A stretch of DNA of 64,000 bases from Desulfomicrobium sp. (GTDB lineage Bacteria > Desulfobacterota > Desulfovibrionia > Desulfovibrionales > Desulfomicrobiaceae). Shown one piece after another: positions 40,082 through 48,885 of this stretch. The stretch's first letter is position 1, and each line of letters opens with the position of its first letter. Both the position numbers and the translations under genes were made by a program. The stretch spans positions 1,376,001 through 1,440,000 of the forward strand of contig JAXGMI010000001.1 in NCBI GenBank assembly GCA_040768745.1, written 5' to 3'. The notes beneath the pieces were generated by a model. That model did not search any database. It saw only the letters and a program-made list of their open reading frames with translations, and was not told the origin of the DNA.

Positions 40082-40231
40082 TACGGTTTCTCTCACTTTC
40101 TCCGAAATACCGTCTAGCCCTTGATATTCCTTGATTCCGGCTGAAAATATCCCTTGACGTTCTCCATATTTTTGCCTATTTTTGCCTTGAAAGTTGGGTT
40201 GAGGGTTGGGTCAAAACTGGAGGCGGTGAAC

Positions 40232-41371
40232 ATGGCGGCACAGGGCAGAAACAAGACCAAGTATCCTGGCGTCTATTATACCGAAGGCAAGTCCACGACG
40301 GGCAAGTCCATTCGCCGCTACTATGTCGTCTTCAAGCGTGAGGGGAAGGTTTATGAAGAGGCCGCCAAGGTGCTGGTTGACGGCGGCCCTGATACCCGTC
40401 CGGCCGAGACCCCACAAGAGGCCAGCGCATGGCGCTCCCGCCGCATTGGCGAAGTTACCCAACAGCAGGGGAAGGGCAAGCCCGCCCTGACCGTGGATGA
40501 AATCTGGTCAAAGTGGGTTGAAGGCATGAAAGGTCGTGGCGGGCTGCACGCGGCGAGAAGTCGGTACAAGATGCACGTCGGCCGGTTTTTCGGTAAGCGG
40601 GTAGCCTCTGAGTTGTGCACGTTCGACGTGACCAGATTCCGCCGCGATCTGGAGCGGAATGGGTTGGCCCCTGCTTCCGTCAAGTTCTGCATGTCGCTTC
40701 TCTCGCAGCTTCTCAGGTGGGCAGCGGATCAAGACCTGATCCAAGACCCTGGACTCAAGTTTGATTATCCCAAATTCGACAACCAAAAGACCGAGAGCCT
40801 GACCCCGGAGCAGATCGGCCGGTATTGGGAAGTTCTCGACGCATGGCCGGATCAGCATATTGCCGACTTCTTTCGGGTCATGCTGCTGACGGGTGTTCGT
40901 AAGACGGCGCTGGCAAATGTCCGGTGGGATGACATCAACTTTGAGAACGGTTTTTTGACTCTCCGCGCCGAGACCTCCAAGAGTGGCAAGGTCAAGTCAA
41001 TCCCGCTTTCCGCTCAAGCATTGTCCGTTTTCAAAAGCATCCCCAGAACAGAGGACTCTGATCTTGTTTGGCCGGGCTGGAATGGCCCGCGCACAAATTT
41101 CAGCGGTCATGGGAGAGCTATCGCCAAGGCAGCAGGCTTGCCAGATAGTTTTCGAGGGTGTCATGGTCTTCGCCATGCCTTCGCGTCCGCCATGGCCAGC
41201 AGTGGGCGCGTTGATCTGTTCACGCTGCAAACTCTGCTGACCCATTCCAGCCCAAACATGACGCAGCGCTACAGTCACTTGTCCAGCGACGCTCTGCGCA
41301 GGGCGGCAGCGGTGGCTGACGACGTACTGGTCCCAGGTCCGGCGCTGAAGGTGGTGGCCGGGAAGGAATAA
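40232..41371 (+). CDS. int: Tyrosine recombinase / integrase
   Basis: TGVRK, HGLRH, LLTHSS, TQRYSH catalytic motifs; N-terminal KYPGVY arm-binding-like domain; GGAGG RBS. Confidence 0.93.
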   Translation: MAAQGRNKTKYPGVYYTEGKSTTGKSIRRYYVVFKREGKVYEEAAKVLVDGGPDTRPAETPQEASAWRSRRIGEVTQQQGKGKPALTVDEIWSKWVEGMKGRGGLHAARSRYKMHVGRFFGKRVASELCTFDVTRFRRDLERNGLAPASVKFCMSLLSQLLRWAADQDLIQDPGLKFDYPKFDNQKTESLTPEQIGRYWEVLDAWPDQHIADFFRVMLLTGVRKTALANVRWDDINFENGFLTLRAETSKSGKVKSIPLSAQALSVFKSIPRTEDSDLVWPGWNGPRTNFSGHGRAIAKAAGLPDSFRGCHGLRHAFASAMASSGRVDLFTLQTLLTHSSPNMTQRYSHLSSDALRRAAAVADDVLVPGPALKVVAGKE

Positions 41372-41425
41372 ATTTCGGGCCAGGCAAAGAGGTGGTGCTC
41401 TCTGCCCGGCCCTGGATCTTCTCAG

Positions 41426-42073
41426 GTGCAAGCGGAGGTGGCTTGGATGCATTGGGAAAAATTGCTTGGATATGAGCCTGCAAGCAGACTGCTTGTGAAA
41501 GACACAGGAGATCCGGCGCTTGTCCACATCCGAATCGTTGTCGAAGATGAAGAGAAAGACAAAGGCGCTATTCTGTGGGCTCTGCGCAAGACGTTTGAGA
41601 ATGGGCACGCCCTCCCGCCTGACCTTGGGCTTGCCGTCTGTGATCTTCTAGAGGCCAAGAACCCCGCCCATAAGCCCCCGACCCCAGACGCACAGAAGCT
41701 CCAGGGCCTAGCCAGTGCAGAGCTTTACGCGCAGATCCTCGGGGCTATCCGCGTCAAAAGAATAATGGAGGACCATCCTCGTTTTGCGGAAAAAGCCGCC
41801 CTTGACCTTTGCAAGCATCCCGGCGCGGGCATGTCTGTGGGAACAACCAAGTTCAAAGAATTTGAGAGGGTGCATCGGCTGGCGATTCTGTGTGGAGAGG
41901 TCCGGGAGATCCACAAGATGCTTGCCGACGGCATCATCACAATCGAAGGCGACTACCAGAAATGGATCAAGGCGCTCAAAAAATGCAAATTTCTTCCAGT
42001 AACCCAGACGTGCCGAGACCGCCTAGAGTGGATGTTCAAGAAAAACAGTCAATTAGATAGGTCGGGCAACTGA
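41426..42073 (+). CDS. Hypothetical protein between integrase and AlpA-like gene
   Basis: Intact 215-aa ORF; start uncertain. Confidence 0.6.
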   Translation: MQAEVAWMHWEKLLGYEPASRLLVKDTGDPALVHIRIVVEDEEKDKGAILWALRKTFENGHALPPDLGLAVCDLLEAKNPAHKPPTPDAQKLQGLASAELYAQILGAIRVKRIMEDHPRFAEKAALDLCKHPGAGMSVGTTKFKEFERVHRLAILCGEVREIHKMLADGIITIEGDYQKWIKALKKCKFLPVTQTCRDRLEWMFKKNSQLDRSGN

Positions 42074-42173
42074 CGACTTAAAAGCCCCTCTCATAAGCGT
42101 TTCTTCTCTCTATTTTCTAGCCGTGTTCTGCAATCCCGCAGTTCACGGCTTTTTACTTTTCCGAGGTAATCAC

Positions 42174-42353
42174 ATGGAACGAGTAAACGAGAAAGAAGCG
42201 GCAAAGTATCTTGGAATGTCAGTCAAGTGGTTGCAGCAGTCGCGGTGCTACGGACGCGGCCCGAAGTACATCAAGATCGGTCGGAGCGTCCGCTACAACG
42301 TCACCGATCTGGATCTGTACATCAAGTCCCGCACGATCAACCCAGCAGTGTAG
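42174..42353 (+). CDS. AlpA/excisionase-like HTH protein
   Basis: NEKEAAKYLGMSVKWLQQSR..GRGPKYIKIGRSVRY; GAGG RBS. Confidence 0.88.
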   Translation: MERVNEKEAAKYLGMSVKWLQQSRCYGRGPKYIKIGRSVRYNVTDLDLYIKSRTINPAV

Positions 42354-42364
42354 GGGGTGCGACT

Positions 42365-42580
42365 ATGAAGCCAACAGAATTCACCGTCACGACTGCGGAG
42401 TATATCTCCCTGGCTGGCATCAATCCCAAGGGCCTGCAACAGTATCTGCGGGATGCGAAGGTCAAGGGCCGCGACTACATCGTCACCGGCAACCCGGACT
42501 GCATGGAGTTGTATTTTCGGAAGATCAACGGCCGCATCTATTTCAACCGGGCACAGATCGAAGTGCTCGTGCAGGAATAA
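42365..42580 (+). CDS. Hypothetical protein (71 aa), possibly DNA-binding
   Basis: MKPTEFTVTTAEYISLAGI...; tightly packed after the AlpA-like gene. Confidence 0.6.
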   Translation: MKPTEFTVTTAEYISLAGINPKGLQQYLRDAKVKGRDYIVTGNPDCMELYFRKINGRIYFNRAQIEVLVQE

Positions 42581-42591
42581 GGAGTGGCAAC

Positions 42592-42825
42592 ATGATGACA
42601 ATGAAAAAGCCCGCCGGGCAAGGGCGAGCTTATGAGACCGGGCGCGGCGGTGATCCAAAAATCCGCAAAAAAAGCATGGCCGAAAATGACATTATTGTCA
42701 AGCTCTGCCATGCTTACGCCGGTCTCTTGAACGCTATGTTCATGCCCCTCTGCAATAATGCATCGGCATCGTTGGCAAGTTCATTTCTACCCAACCGGGA
42801 AACCCAACTCGGGAGGGCAAAATGA
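42592..42825 (+). CDS. Hypothetical small protein upstream of the primase
   Basis: AAGGAG RBS; stop overlaps the primase ATG (ATGA). Confidence 0.4.
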   Translation: MMTMKKPAGQGRAYETGRGGDPKIRKKSMAENDIIVKLCHAYAGLLNAMFMPLCNNASASLASSFLPNRETQLGRAK

Positions 42826-45200
42826 ACGCAGAAATTACAAACGGCATCTTTATCGACACGCTTTTCGGCAAGCTCCCTGCAGACGCTTGCGTACCTGTGG
42901 CAAGCATCAAAGACGTATCTGCCCCAGGATGGCCAGCTGATAGTTTTGTGAATGGCCAGGAATTTACGGTGCGTCATGGCTGGAATAGCTACTATTGCTT
43001 GGGCATCCATCGCAAGGACGACCCCCAGCCACGGAGAAAAGAGAGCTGCCTAGGTCTATGCATGGTCATGCTCGACGACGTTGGGACGAAGGCAGATCGT
43101 GACAAGATCGATCTGACGCCGACCTACGCAATAGAGACCAGCTCTGGCAACTTCCAACTTGGCTACAGGCTGACCGTCCGCGTCACCGACATGGGACTTA
43201 TTGATCGGCTGGGCAAGGCAATTATCAGGAAGGGACTCTCTGACCCTGGAGCTGGTGGTCTAGGGACGAGATACGCCAGGCTCCCACAGTGCTGGAACAG
43301 CAAGTCCAATCCGCCGTTTCAGTGCCGATTGACCGAGTGGAACCCCGAGATTGCCTACTCTCCACAGGAGCTGATTGACGGTCTCGGTCTGGAGTTGGAC
43401 CCGCCCAAGCCCGAGCGCAAGGCCGCCGATCCCACCAAGAGGCAGTGTCTCTCTGAAATTGACCCGTATGTCCGCAAGGCTCTGGAAAATGAGTGCGCAT
43501 CCGTGGCGAGCGCTCCACAGGGACAGCGCAACGCGCAACTAAACCAGTCATCCTTCGCAATTGGTCAGTTTGTCGGCGGCGGTGAACTTGACGAGCAAGA
43601 GGCCGTCAACGCTCTGCAGCAGGCAGCGGCGGCTTGTGGGCTGGGAGAGACCGAAGCTGACAAGACAATCCGGTCGGGCCTGACTGCAGGCATGGCTGAA
43701 CCCCGCCCGGCCCCAGGAGAGAGTGATTGGAACCCCGACGGCGGGCAGCGGGCCGGGAAGAGTAAATTCGTAAATTCGTTAAATTCGTCTGTTAGTAACG
43801 AAGATCCTGACGCCTGGGCCCCTACGATCAGGACATGGCCCAAACTCGAACGAGCTGCGCTTCCCGGCATCGTGGGTGACTTCGTAGACCTGGCCACGGA
43901 CGGCAGTGAAGCAGATCCGGCGGCGGTGCTGGCAACCATGCTTGTGCGCTTTGGCGTGGAGGCTGGCTCTCCCGAGCCAAGCGCCCGCCCCCACGTCTAT
44001 GTGGGCGAGTCCAGACATGAATCCCGCATCAATGCCGTCATCGTCGGCAGGTCGGCCAAGGCCAGAAAGGGCACGTCCGGTGCTCCCGTGGCCAGGCTGT
44101 TCAAAGTTCCCGAGGGCAGCGTGGACGCCCCTGTCATGGGTGCAACAAGTCTAGGCCCTCTCTCGACGGGTGAGGGCATCGTCTACGCAGTGCGTGATGC
44201 TCTGGAGTCGTGGGACGAGAAAGAGCAGGAATTCAAGGTCACAGACCCCGGCGTGAAGGACAAGCGCCTCTACGTCCAAGAGGAGGAGTTTGCAGCGGCG
44301 ATCAACGCCGGGAAGCGTGACGGCAATACTCTTTCGGCTACCCTTCGCGCCCTGTGGGATTCGGGAACCCGTAGCCCGATGACCAAGACCTCAAGGACGA
44401 AATGCACAGACGCGCACGTCGGTATCCTGGCCCATATCACAATCGATGAATTGGCCATGAGCCTGTCTGCCTGCGACAAGCTGAACGGCTACGCCAACCG
44501 CTTTCTGTGGGTGCTGGCCAGACGTACCAAGCGCGTGCCCAGGCCCCGGAGAATGCCCGACGATCTGTTCATCCCGATCCGCAATGAAATATGGCGTCGG
44601 CTTAACCTGGCTCATGCTGCTGGTCGGATGCGTCTGACCCCGGCTGCGGGCGATCTGTGGGATGCGGAATATGATCGGCTGACCGAGGACCGGCCCGGCA
44701 TCGCTGGTGCTATTACGGCGCGTGCAGAGGCGCAGGTGGTCAGGCTCTCCATGATCTATGCCCTCTGTGGCGGGCAACCCGAGATCGACGCCGCGCACGT
44801 CCAGGCAGCGCTGGCCCTGTGGCGGTATGCCCAAGCATCTGCAGAGTATATCTTCAACGAGGACTCTGTGGGCAGCAAGCTGGACTGCAAGGTCAAAGAG
44901 ATCCTCTCGTGCGTGCCTGCTGGGATGAGCTTGACCGAGATCCACAACGCCACGGGGAACAACCACAAGGCTGCAGATCTGCGTAACTCCATCCAGAGGC
45001 TTGTGGACGCCGGGCTGGTCAGAAGCGAGTCAGTCAGATCCGAGGGTGCGGCGAAGCCGAAGACCGTTTTTTTCTCAAACGAAGAAACTAATTTTACGAA
45101 TTTACGAATTTACTCCGACGAGGAGCAAGACAGTAAATTCGTAAATTCGTTAAATTCGTACATTCGTACGGATGAAATCCCCGACGAGGTGACGATATGA
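42822..45200 (+). CDS. Replication protein: RepB-type primase domain, PriCT-like linker, DUF3987-like domain
   Basis: MLDDVGTK, IETSSGNFQ, RYARLP, GQRNAQLN, GRSAKARKGTS, STGEG, EEEF, NGYANRF. Confidence 0.8.
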   Translation: MNAEITNGIFIDTLFGKLPADACVPVASIKDVSAPGWPADSFVNGQEFTVRHGWNSYYCLGIHRKDDPQPRRKESCLGLCMVMLDDVGTKADRDKIDLTPTYAIETSSGNFQLGYRLTVRVTDMGLIDRLGKAIIRKGLSDPGAGGLGTRYARLPQCWNSKSNPPFQCRLTEWNPEIAYSPQELIDGLGLELDPPKPERKAADPTKRQCLSEIDPYVRKALENECASVASAPQGQRNAQLNQSSFAIGQFVGGGELDEQEAVNALQQAAAACGLGETEADKTIRSGLTAGMAEPRPAPGESDWNPDGGQRAGKSKFVNSLNSSVSNEDPDAWAPTIRTWPKLERAALPGIVGDFVDLATDGSEADPAAVLATMLVRFGVEAGSPEPSARPHVYVGESRHESRINAVIVGRSAKARKGTSGAPVARLFKVPEGSVDAPVMGATSLGPLSTGEGIVYAVRDALESWDEKEQEFKVTDPGVKDKRLYVQEEEFAAAINAGKRDGNTLSATLRALWDSGTRSPMTKTSRTKCTDAHVGILAHITIDELAMSLSACDKLNGYANRFLWVLARRTKRVPRPRRMPDDLFIPIRNEIWRRLNLAHAAGRMRLTPAAGDLWDAEYDRLTEDRPGIAGAITARAEAQVVRLSMIYALCGGQPEIDAAHVQAALALWRYAQASAEYIFNEDSVGSKLDCKVKEILSCVPAGMSLTEIHNATGNNHKAADLRNSIQRLVDAGLVRSESVRSEGAAKPKTVFFSNEETNFTNLRIYSDEEQDSKFVNSLNSYIRTDEIPDEVTI
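45096..45159. repeat. Iteron-like AAATTCGT repeats (putative origin) in the 3' end of the primase gene
   Basis: acgaatttacgaatttact facing agtaaattcgtaaattcgttaaattcgt; the same 28-mer also occurs at 43761-43788. Confidence 0.7.
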
Positions 45201-45502
45201 ACGCCGTCACCGTCATCCGCGCCCGTGGCGCAATCCCACGTATCGACGCGGCCGGGAACCTGGCTCTTGACCTCTCCCGCGTGCCGAAATCGCTCCGGCC
45301 CGAGGTCGTGAACCTGGCCAGGCAACACAAGACCGACATCATCAACGAGTTGAGCGGAGGGCCTGCGGGCTCTCCCGCTCCATCCATCCCGTGGGCCTGC
45401 CCTCTCGGGCATCGTGAGTTCTGGCTCTCCGACTACAATCTGAAGATCTGCGCCAAGTGCCATCCCCGGCCGGTCAAGGGAGGTGCTGCATGGAAGCAAT
45501 GA
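45197..45502 (+). CDS. Hypothetical protein with C-terminal Zn-ribbon-like motif
   Basis: CPLGH...FW...ICAKCHP; ATGA overlap with primase. Confidence 0.7.
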   Translation: MNAVTVIRARGAIPRIDAAGNLALDLSRVPKSLRPEVVNLARQHKTDIINELSGGPAGSPAPSIPWACPLGHREFWLSDYNLKICAKCHPRPVKGGAAWKQ

Positions 45503-45720
45503 CCGAGCGCCTGCTGGATCTGTGGATGAAGGCGAAGCTGGCCGATAAGGACGGATTCCTTCTCATGGTCGGCGGCGGGCATAGTGGGATGCCGTGGTGG
45601 AACCGAGCGCACGTCAACGAGATGCTGGCAGCGTGGCGGGCTCTCCCGAAGCATACGCAGACGGCATTCCTGACCGTGGCCGTCAACGAGGAGCCAGAGG
45701 TGCGTCATGAGGACGCCTGA
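45490..45720 (+). CDS. Hypothetical protein (76 aa)
   Basis: GGAGG RBS; overlaps both neighbours. Confidence 0.55.
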   Translation: MEAMTERLLDLWMKAKLADKDGFLLMVGGGHSGMPWWNRAHVNEMLAAWRALPKHTQTAFLTVAVNEEPEVRHEDA

Positions 45721-45877
45721 CATTCACGAGCGCATCGCCACGGCTGAGGACGAAATAAAGGGCCTTGAATCCATGATCGACGCCAGGACGCGGAAGTTAT
45801 GGGCTGAGATCCAGAAGCTACAGGCCGAAGTCCTCGAACTACGCAACAAAGACAACGCCAAGGAGCCACAAACATGA
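45707..45877 (+). CDS. Small coiled-coil-like protein (56 aa)
   Basis: MRTPDIHERIATAEDEIKGLESMIDARTRKLWAEIQKLQAEVLELRNK...; GAGG RBS; ATGA overlap with next gene; not in ORF track. Confidence 0.6.
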   Translation: MRTPDIHERIATAEDEIKGLESMIDARTRKLWAEIQKLQAEVLELRNKDNAKEPQT

Positions 45878-46332
45878 AGCCAAGTGCATGGTTAGGAGTT
45901 GACCCCGGAAAGTCGGGTGCGTGCGCCGTCATCCACGACGGTGGGCACCTCGTTGCAGATTGGCCTGGAGATCCGGCTGGAGCTGCTGAAGTGCTGCGCG
46001 GGTGGCTGGACCGCTTCGAGATCCGTCTGGCGGCCCTGGAGAAAGTTGGAGCCCGGCCCGGTCAAGGTGTCTCGTCTATGTTCAGTTTCGGCCGCAACCT
46101 CGGGGTGTGGGAAGGTATCTTTGCCTGTCTGCGCATCCCCTACGTCATGCCGACGCCGCAACAGTGGCAGAAAGGACTTGTCATGCCATCCGACGGGGCA
46201 GACCCGAAGGACCGCGCCCTGACCGTAGCCAGGCGACTTTTCCCGGACGCAGACTTGCGCTTGAAAAAGCATGACGGCCGAGCTGACGCCCTGCTGCTGG
46301 CATGGTGGGCAAGGAGACAGACTGCAATATGA
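45874..46332 (+). CDS. RuvC-like Holliday junction resolvase (phage type)
   Basis: GVDPGKSGA, ALEKV, MFSFG, PQQWQK, DGRADALLLA. Confidence 0.82.
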   Translation: MKPSAWLGVDPGKSGACAVIHDGGHLVADWPGDPAGAAEVLRGWLDRFEIRLAALEKVGARPGQGVSSMFSFGRNLGVWEGIFACLRIPYVMPTPQQWQKGLVMPSDGADPKDRALTVARRLFPDADLRLKKHDGRADALLLAWWARRQTAI

Positions 46333-46517
46333 CAGCAATGGATGAATTACTAATTCACGACCGCATATCACAATGGCCTGGAATTGCGATAAAAGTTACT
46401 TTGAACCCAACCGGCTACCCTACCCTAAGTCCAGAGTTGGCAGTAAATGGACTGCGTTATCTTGTCCAGAAAATGCCGATGCCCGTATATTCTGTCCTAA
46501 CGGAGGCGCCGACATGA
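46329..46517 (+). CDS. Hypothetical protein (62 aa)
   Basis: ATGA overlaps at both ends. Confidence 0.45.
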   Translation: MTAMDELLIHDRISQWPGIAIKVTLNPTGYPTLSPELAVNGLRYLVQKMPMPVYSVLTEAPT

Positions 46518-46723
46518 AAGAAAATAAACCCCCGGTCAGTTGTCCTACTTGTGGCGGGTGCGACACGATACGACGCAGAGGTCCACAAGGTCTATGCGAG
46601 ACCTGTTATCAGCAGAGACACGAATGTCGGAGCTGTGGCCAGCGCTTTTTGAGCTTTTGGGACTTGTCCTCGACGCGCTGTTACGGTGCCGCCCCCCGTC
46701 TGGAGGTGGTCGCCAATGCCTGA
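46514..46723 (+). CDS. Small Cys-rich zinc-finger-like protein (69 aa)
   Basis: CPTC, CETC, CRSC; GGAGG RBS. Confidence 0.6.
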   Translation: MKENKPPVSCPTCGGCDTIRRRGPQGLCETCYQQRHECRSCGQRFLSFWDLSSTRCYGAAPRLEVVANA

Positions 46724-47174
46724 AAAAACAGCTCGGAAACAGACCTCCACACGATTCAAGCCGGGCAGATCCGGCAACCCTGCAGGACGCCCCAAGGGTG
46801 CGCGGAATAGGGCCTCTGTGTTGGCGCAGGCGCTCATGGAAGATCAGACCGCGGCCGTGGTGCAGACCGTCATCAATGCGGCCCTCACGGGCGATATGAC
46901 CGCGTGCAAGCTCATTGTGGAACGGCTCATTCCGCCGGTGAAGGAACGGACCATTGACGCGGATCTGAAGTTGCCCGCGACCATTACGGCCGCAAATGCC
47001 GGTGCTGTTTTTGCGGAGATCTTCAAGGCCGTCTCCGGCGGGCGGCTTGTCCCTGGCGAGGGCAAGGTGCTGGTGGAGATGATGAACGCCTATTTGAGCG
47101 CCTGCGAATACAGCGAGCTGTCCGAGCGCATTTCCGAGTTGGAGGAAACAGCTCCGAGGAACAAGCGATGGTAG
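46716..47174 (+). CDS. DUF5681-type protein (small-terminase-like N-terminus)
   Basis: RFKPGRSGNPAGRPKGARN, ALTGDMTACKLIVERLIP, ELSERISELEE. Confidence 0.75.
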   Translation: MPEKTARKQTSTRFKPGRSGNPAGRPKGARNRASVLAQALMEDQTAAVVQTVINAALTGDMTACKLIVERLIPPVKERTIDADLKLPATITAANAGAVFAEIFKAVSGGRLVPGEGKVLVEMMNAYLSACEYSELSERISELEETAPRNKRW

Positions 47175-47554
47175 CCGCGTCATCCCTACGCAGGCGGCTG
47201 CGCAAATTGCCCCAGGCGAAGCCCGCGCCTGTGTGCTGGACAATCGACGTTTACCCCGACGGTCGGGAGCTGGACCATTGGACCGGTCGGCCGTGGCCCG
47301 TGCCGGAATACCTAGCCCGCCCGGCTGGAGCGCCTGACCTGGTGCTGCGGCTGACGATGGGCGACGATGGCGAGGTGGGGGCGTTGGGGGAACATGGAGA
47401 TGGTCCGGGACGTGGGCACAAAAGAGTTGATAATATAAACTCTTTAACCACCACCAACCAGGTTCAGGTTGATAATATCAACTTGAAAACCAAAGGCGGC
47501 ACCGACCCCACTTACCTACTCGCCAGGATGCAACGCCCTCGTGGAATGAGGTGA
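47168..47554 (+). CDS. Hypothetical protein, apparently chimeric
   Basis: N-terminal SLRRRLRK; 3' part AT-richer and contains two palindromes. Confidence 0.5.
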   Translation: MVAASSLRRRLRKLPQAKPAPVCWTIDVYPDGRELDHWTGRPWPVPEYLARPAGAPDLVLRLTMGDDGEVGALGEHGDGPGRGHKRVDNINSLTTTNQVQVDNINLKTKGGTDPTYLLARMQRPRGMR

Positions 47555-47558
47555 CGGC

Positions 47559-47834
47559 ATGAAAGGAACCGAATCTTTACGCCGTCGCCTGCGCAAAATG
47601 TCCAACGAGTTGCCCGAAGGGATGCAGAACCTTCCCCGCGTGCTGGAGTACGACGAGAGCGATCCTGCAGGCCCGTGGGATGGATTCAAGACCAGGGAAG
47701 AGGCCGCGGACTACTGGTGGAAGGTGCATCGAAGCCGGATCTCTTTCGTGACGTACAACCCGGACGGCTCCGACGATATGTGGGGCACGCCGCTGCCAGG
47801 CGAACCGGATTATACTGATTGGTTTATCGGCTGA
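47559..47834 (+). CDS. Hypothetical protein (91 aa)
   Basis: GAGG RBS; N-terminal SLRRRLRK. Confidence 0.6.
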   Translation: MKGTESLRRRLRKMSNELPEGMQNLPRVLEYDESDPAGPWDGFKTREEAADYWWKVHRSRISFVTYNPDGSDDMWGTPLPGEPDYTDWFIG

Positions 47835-47877
47835 AAAATTTAACCGCCCGAGAGACCGGGCGCGGAGGTAAAGAGAA

Positions 47878-48822
47878 ATGGCAGTTCAGAAATTAGGCAA
47901 TGGCCGATTCAAGGTTTTTCACAAGGAAGTGGCCGCGCCCACGGCGGAAATGGAACACCTGCGCAGTCAGGCCCCGCGGACGCCCACGGGACTTTCCGGC
48001 TTTTTGCAGGGTAGCCTGCACGCGAACGGCTTCAAACAACTTCGCGCGTATGTCGCGAACAGTGACAGCGAGTGGACGCGCCAACAGATTCTCGACATGG
48101 ACAACTCCTTGTCGAACATAGCCGACGAGATCCAGTTGGACGACAAGTTGACCAAGGCCCGCAACACCGTGCTGGACGTGGATTTGACCGACGCGGCCCG
48201 CCGCAAGCGTGCGCTGGTGATTATTGCGGACCTGCTGGCCGACATTCACGGACGCCACGGGCGAGTGGTGGCTCGCGCCATGACAGCGCTGAATGAAGCC
48301 GTGGACGTGGTGAAACTGGCCCTTGCGCCCGACCTGACCGGCAACGAGCAGGTGCGGGAGCTGCGAGCGCAGGAAGTCCGCCGCGCCATCTTCGACACGG
48401 ACAAGGGGGAACGTGCGGCACTGGTGCTGGACCTGGGCAACCGTGCGGCCCTGGAAGGGCTGCTGGCCGTGGAAAGTTGTCCCTTGGGACGCTTGGTTGA
48501 GCCGGAGGTTGTGGGCCAGGCGAAGCGTGGCGCGCTGTCCAAGATGGGCGTGGACTTTCTGCTGGATCAGATCGAGGACCGCCGGGACATCCTGCGCAAC
48601 GTGGCCGCGCGCTGCGACATGCTGGAACAGGGCATCAGAGAGTTTCTTTCGGCCTATGGCGTGAAGCCCGCCGCGCCTGTGACCTGGATAGTAGCCACGG
48701 CGTCCGCCATCGAGGAGAGCGGACGATTCTTGACGATTCCGGGTGGCGGTGGCGTCCATTACCGCGCCCCGGAACCGCCGCCGGTTGAGGATGAGGGCGG
48801 AGAAGGCGAAGGCGAGGGATAG
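47878..48822 (+). CDS. Hypothetical, probably alpha-helical protein (314 aa) with acidic tail
   Basis: GGAGG RBS; Ala/Leu/Arg/Glu-rich; ends PPPVEDEGGEGEGEG. Confidence 0.75.
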   Translation: MAVQKLGNGRFKVFHKEVAAPTAEMEHLRSQAPRTPTGLSGFLQGSLHANGFKQLRAYVANSDSEWTRQQILDMDNSLSNIADEIQLDDKLTKARNTVLDVDLTDAARRKRALVIIADLLADIHGRHGRVVARAMTALNEAVDVVKLALAPDLTGNEQVRELRAQEVRRAIFDTDKGERAALVLDLGNRAALEGLLAVESCPLGRLVEPEVVGQAKRGALSKMGVDFLLDQIEDRRDILRNVAARCDMLEQGIREFLSAYGVKPAAPVTWIVATASAIEESGRFLTIPGGGGVHYRAPEPPPVEDEGGEGEGEG

Positions 48823-48885
48823 TTCAATATCGCCTCCCGCGATTCGACATAGCCCGCTGAAGTATTCGTTGCCTGTGACAATCAG

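Noticed and set aside
45874..46332. RuvC-like ORF as a TnpB/Cas12-type effector for the array
   Set aside because: Only 152 aa, with stand-alone resolvase motifs and no room for RNA-binding or recognition domains.
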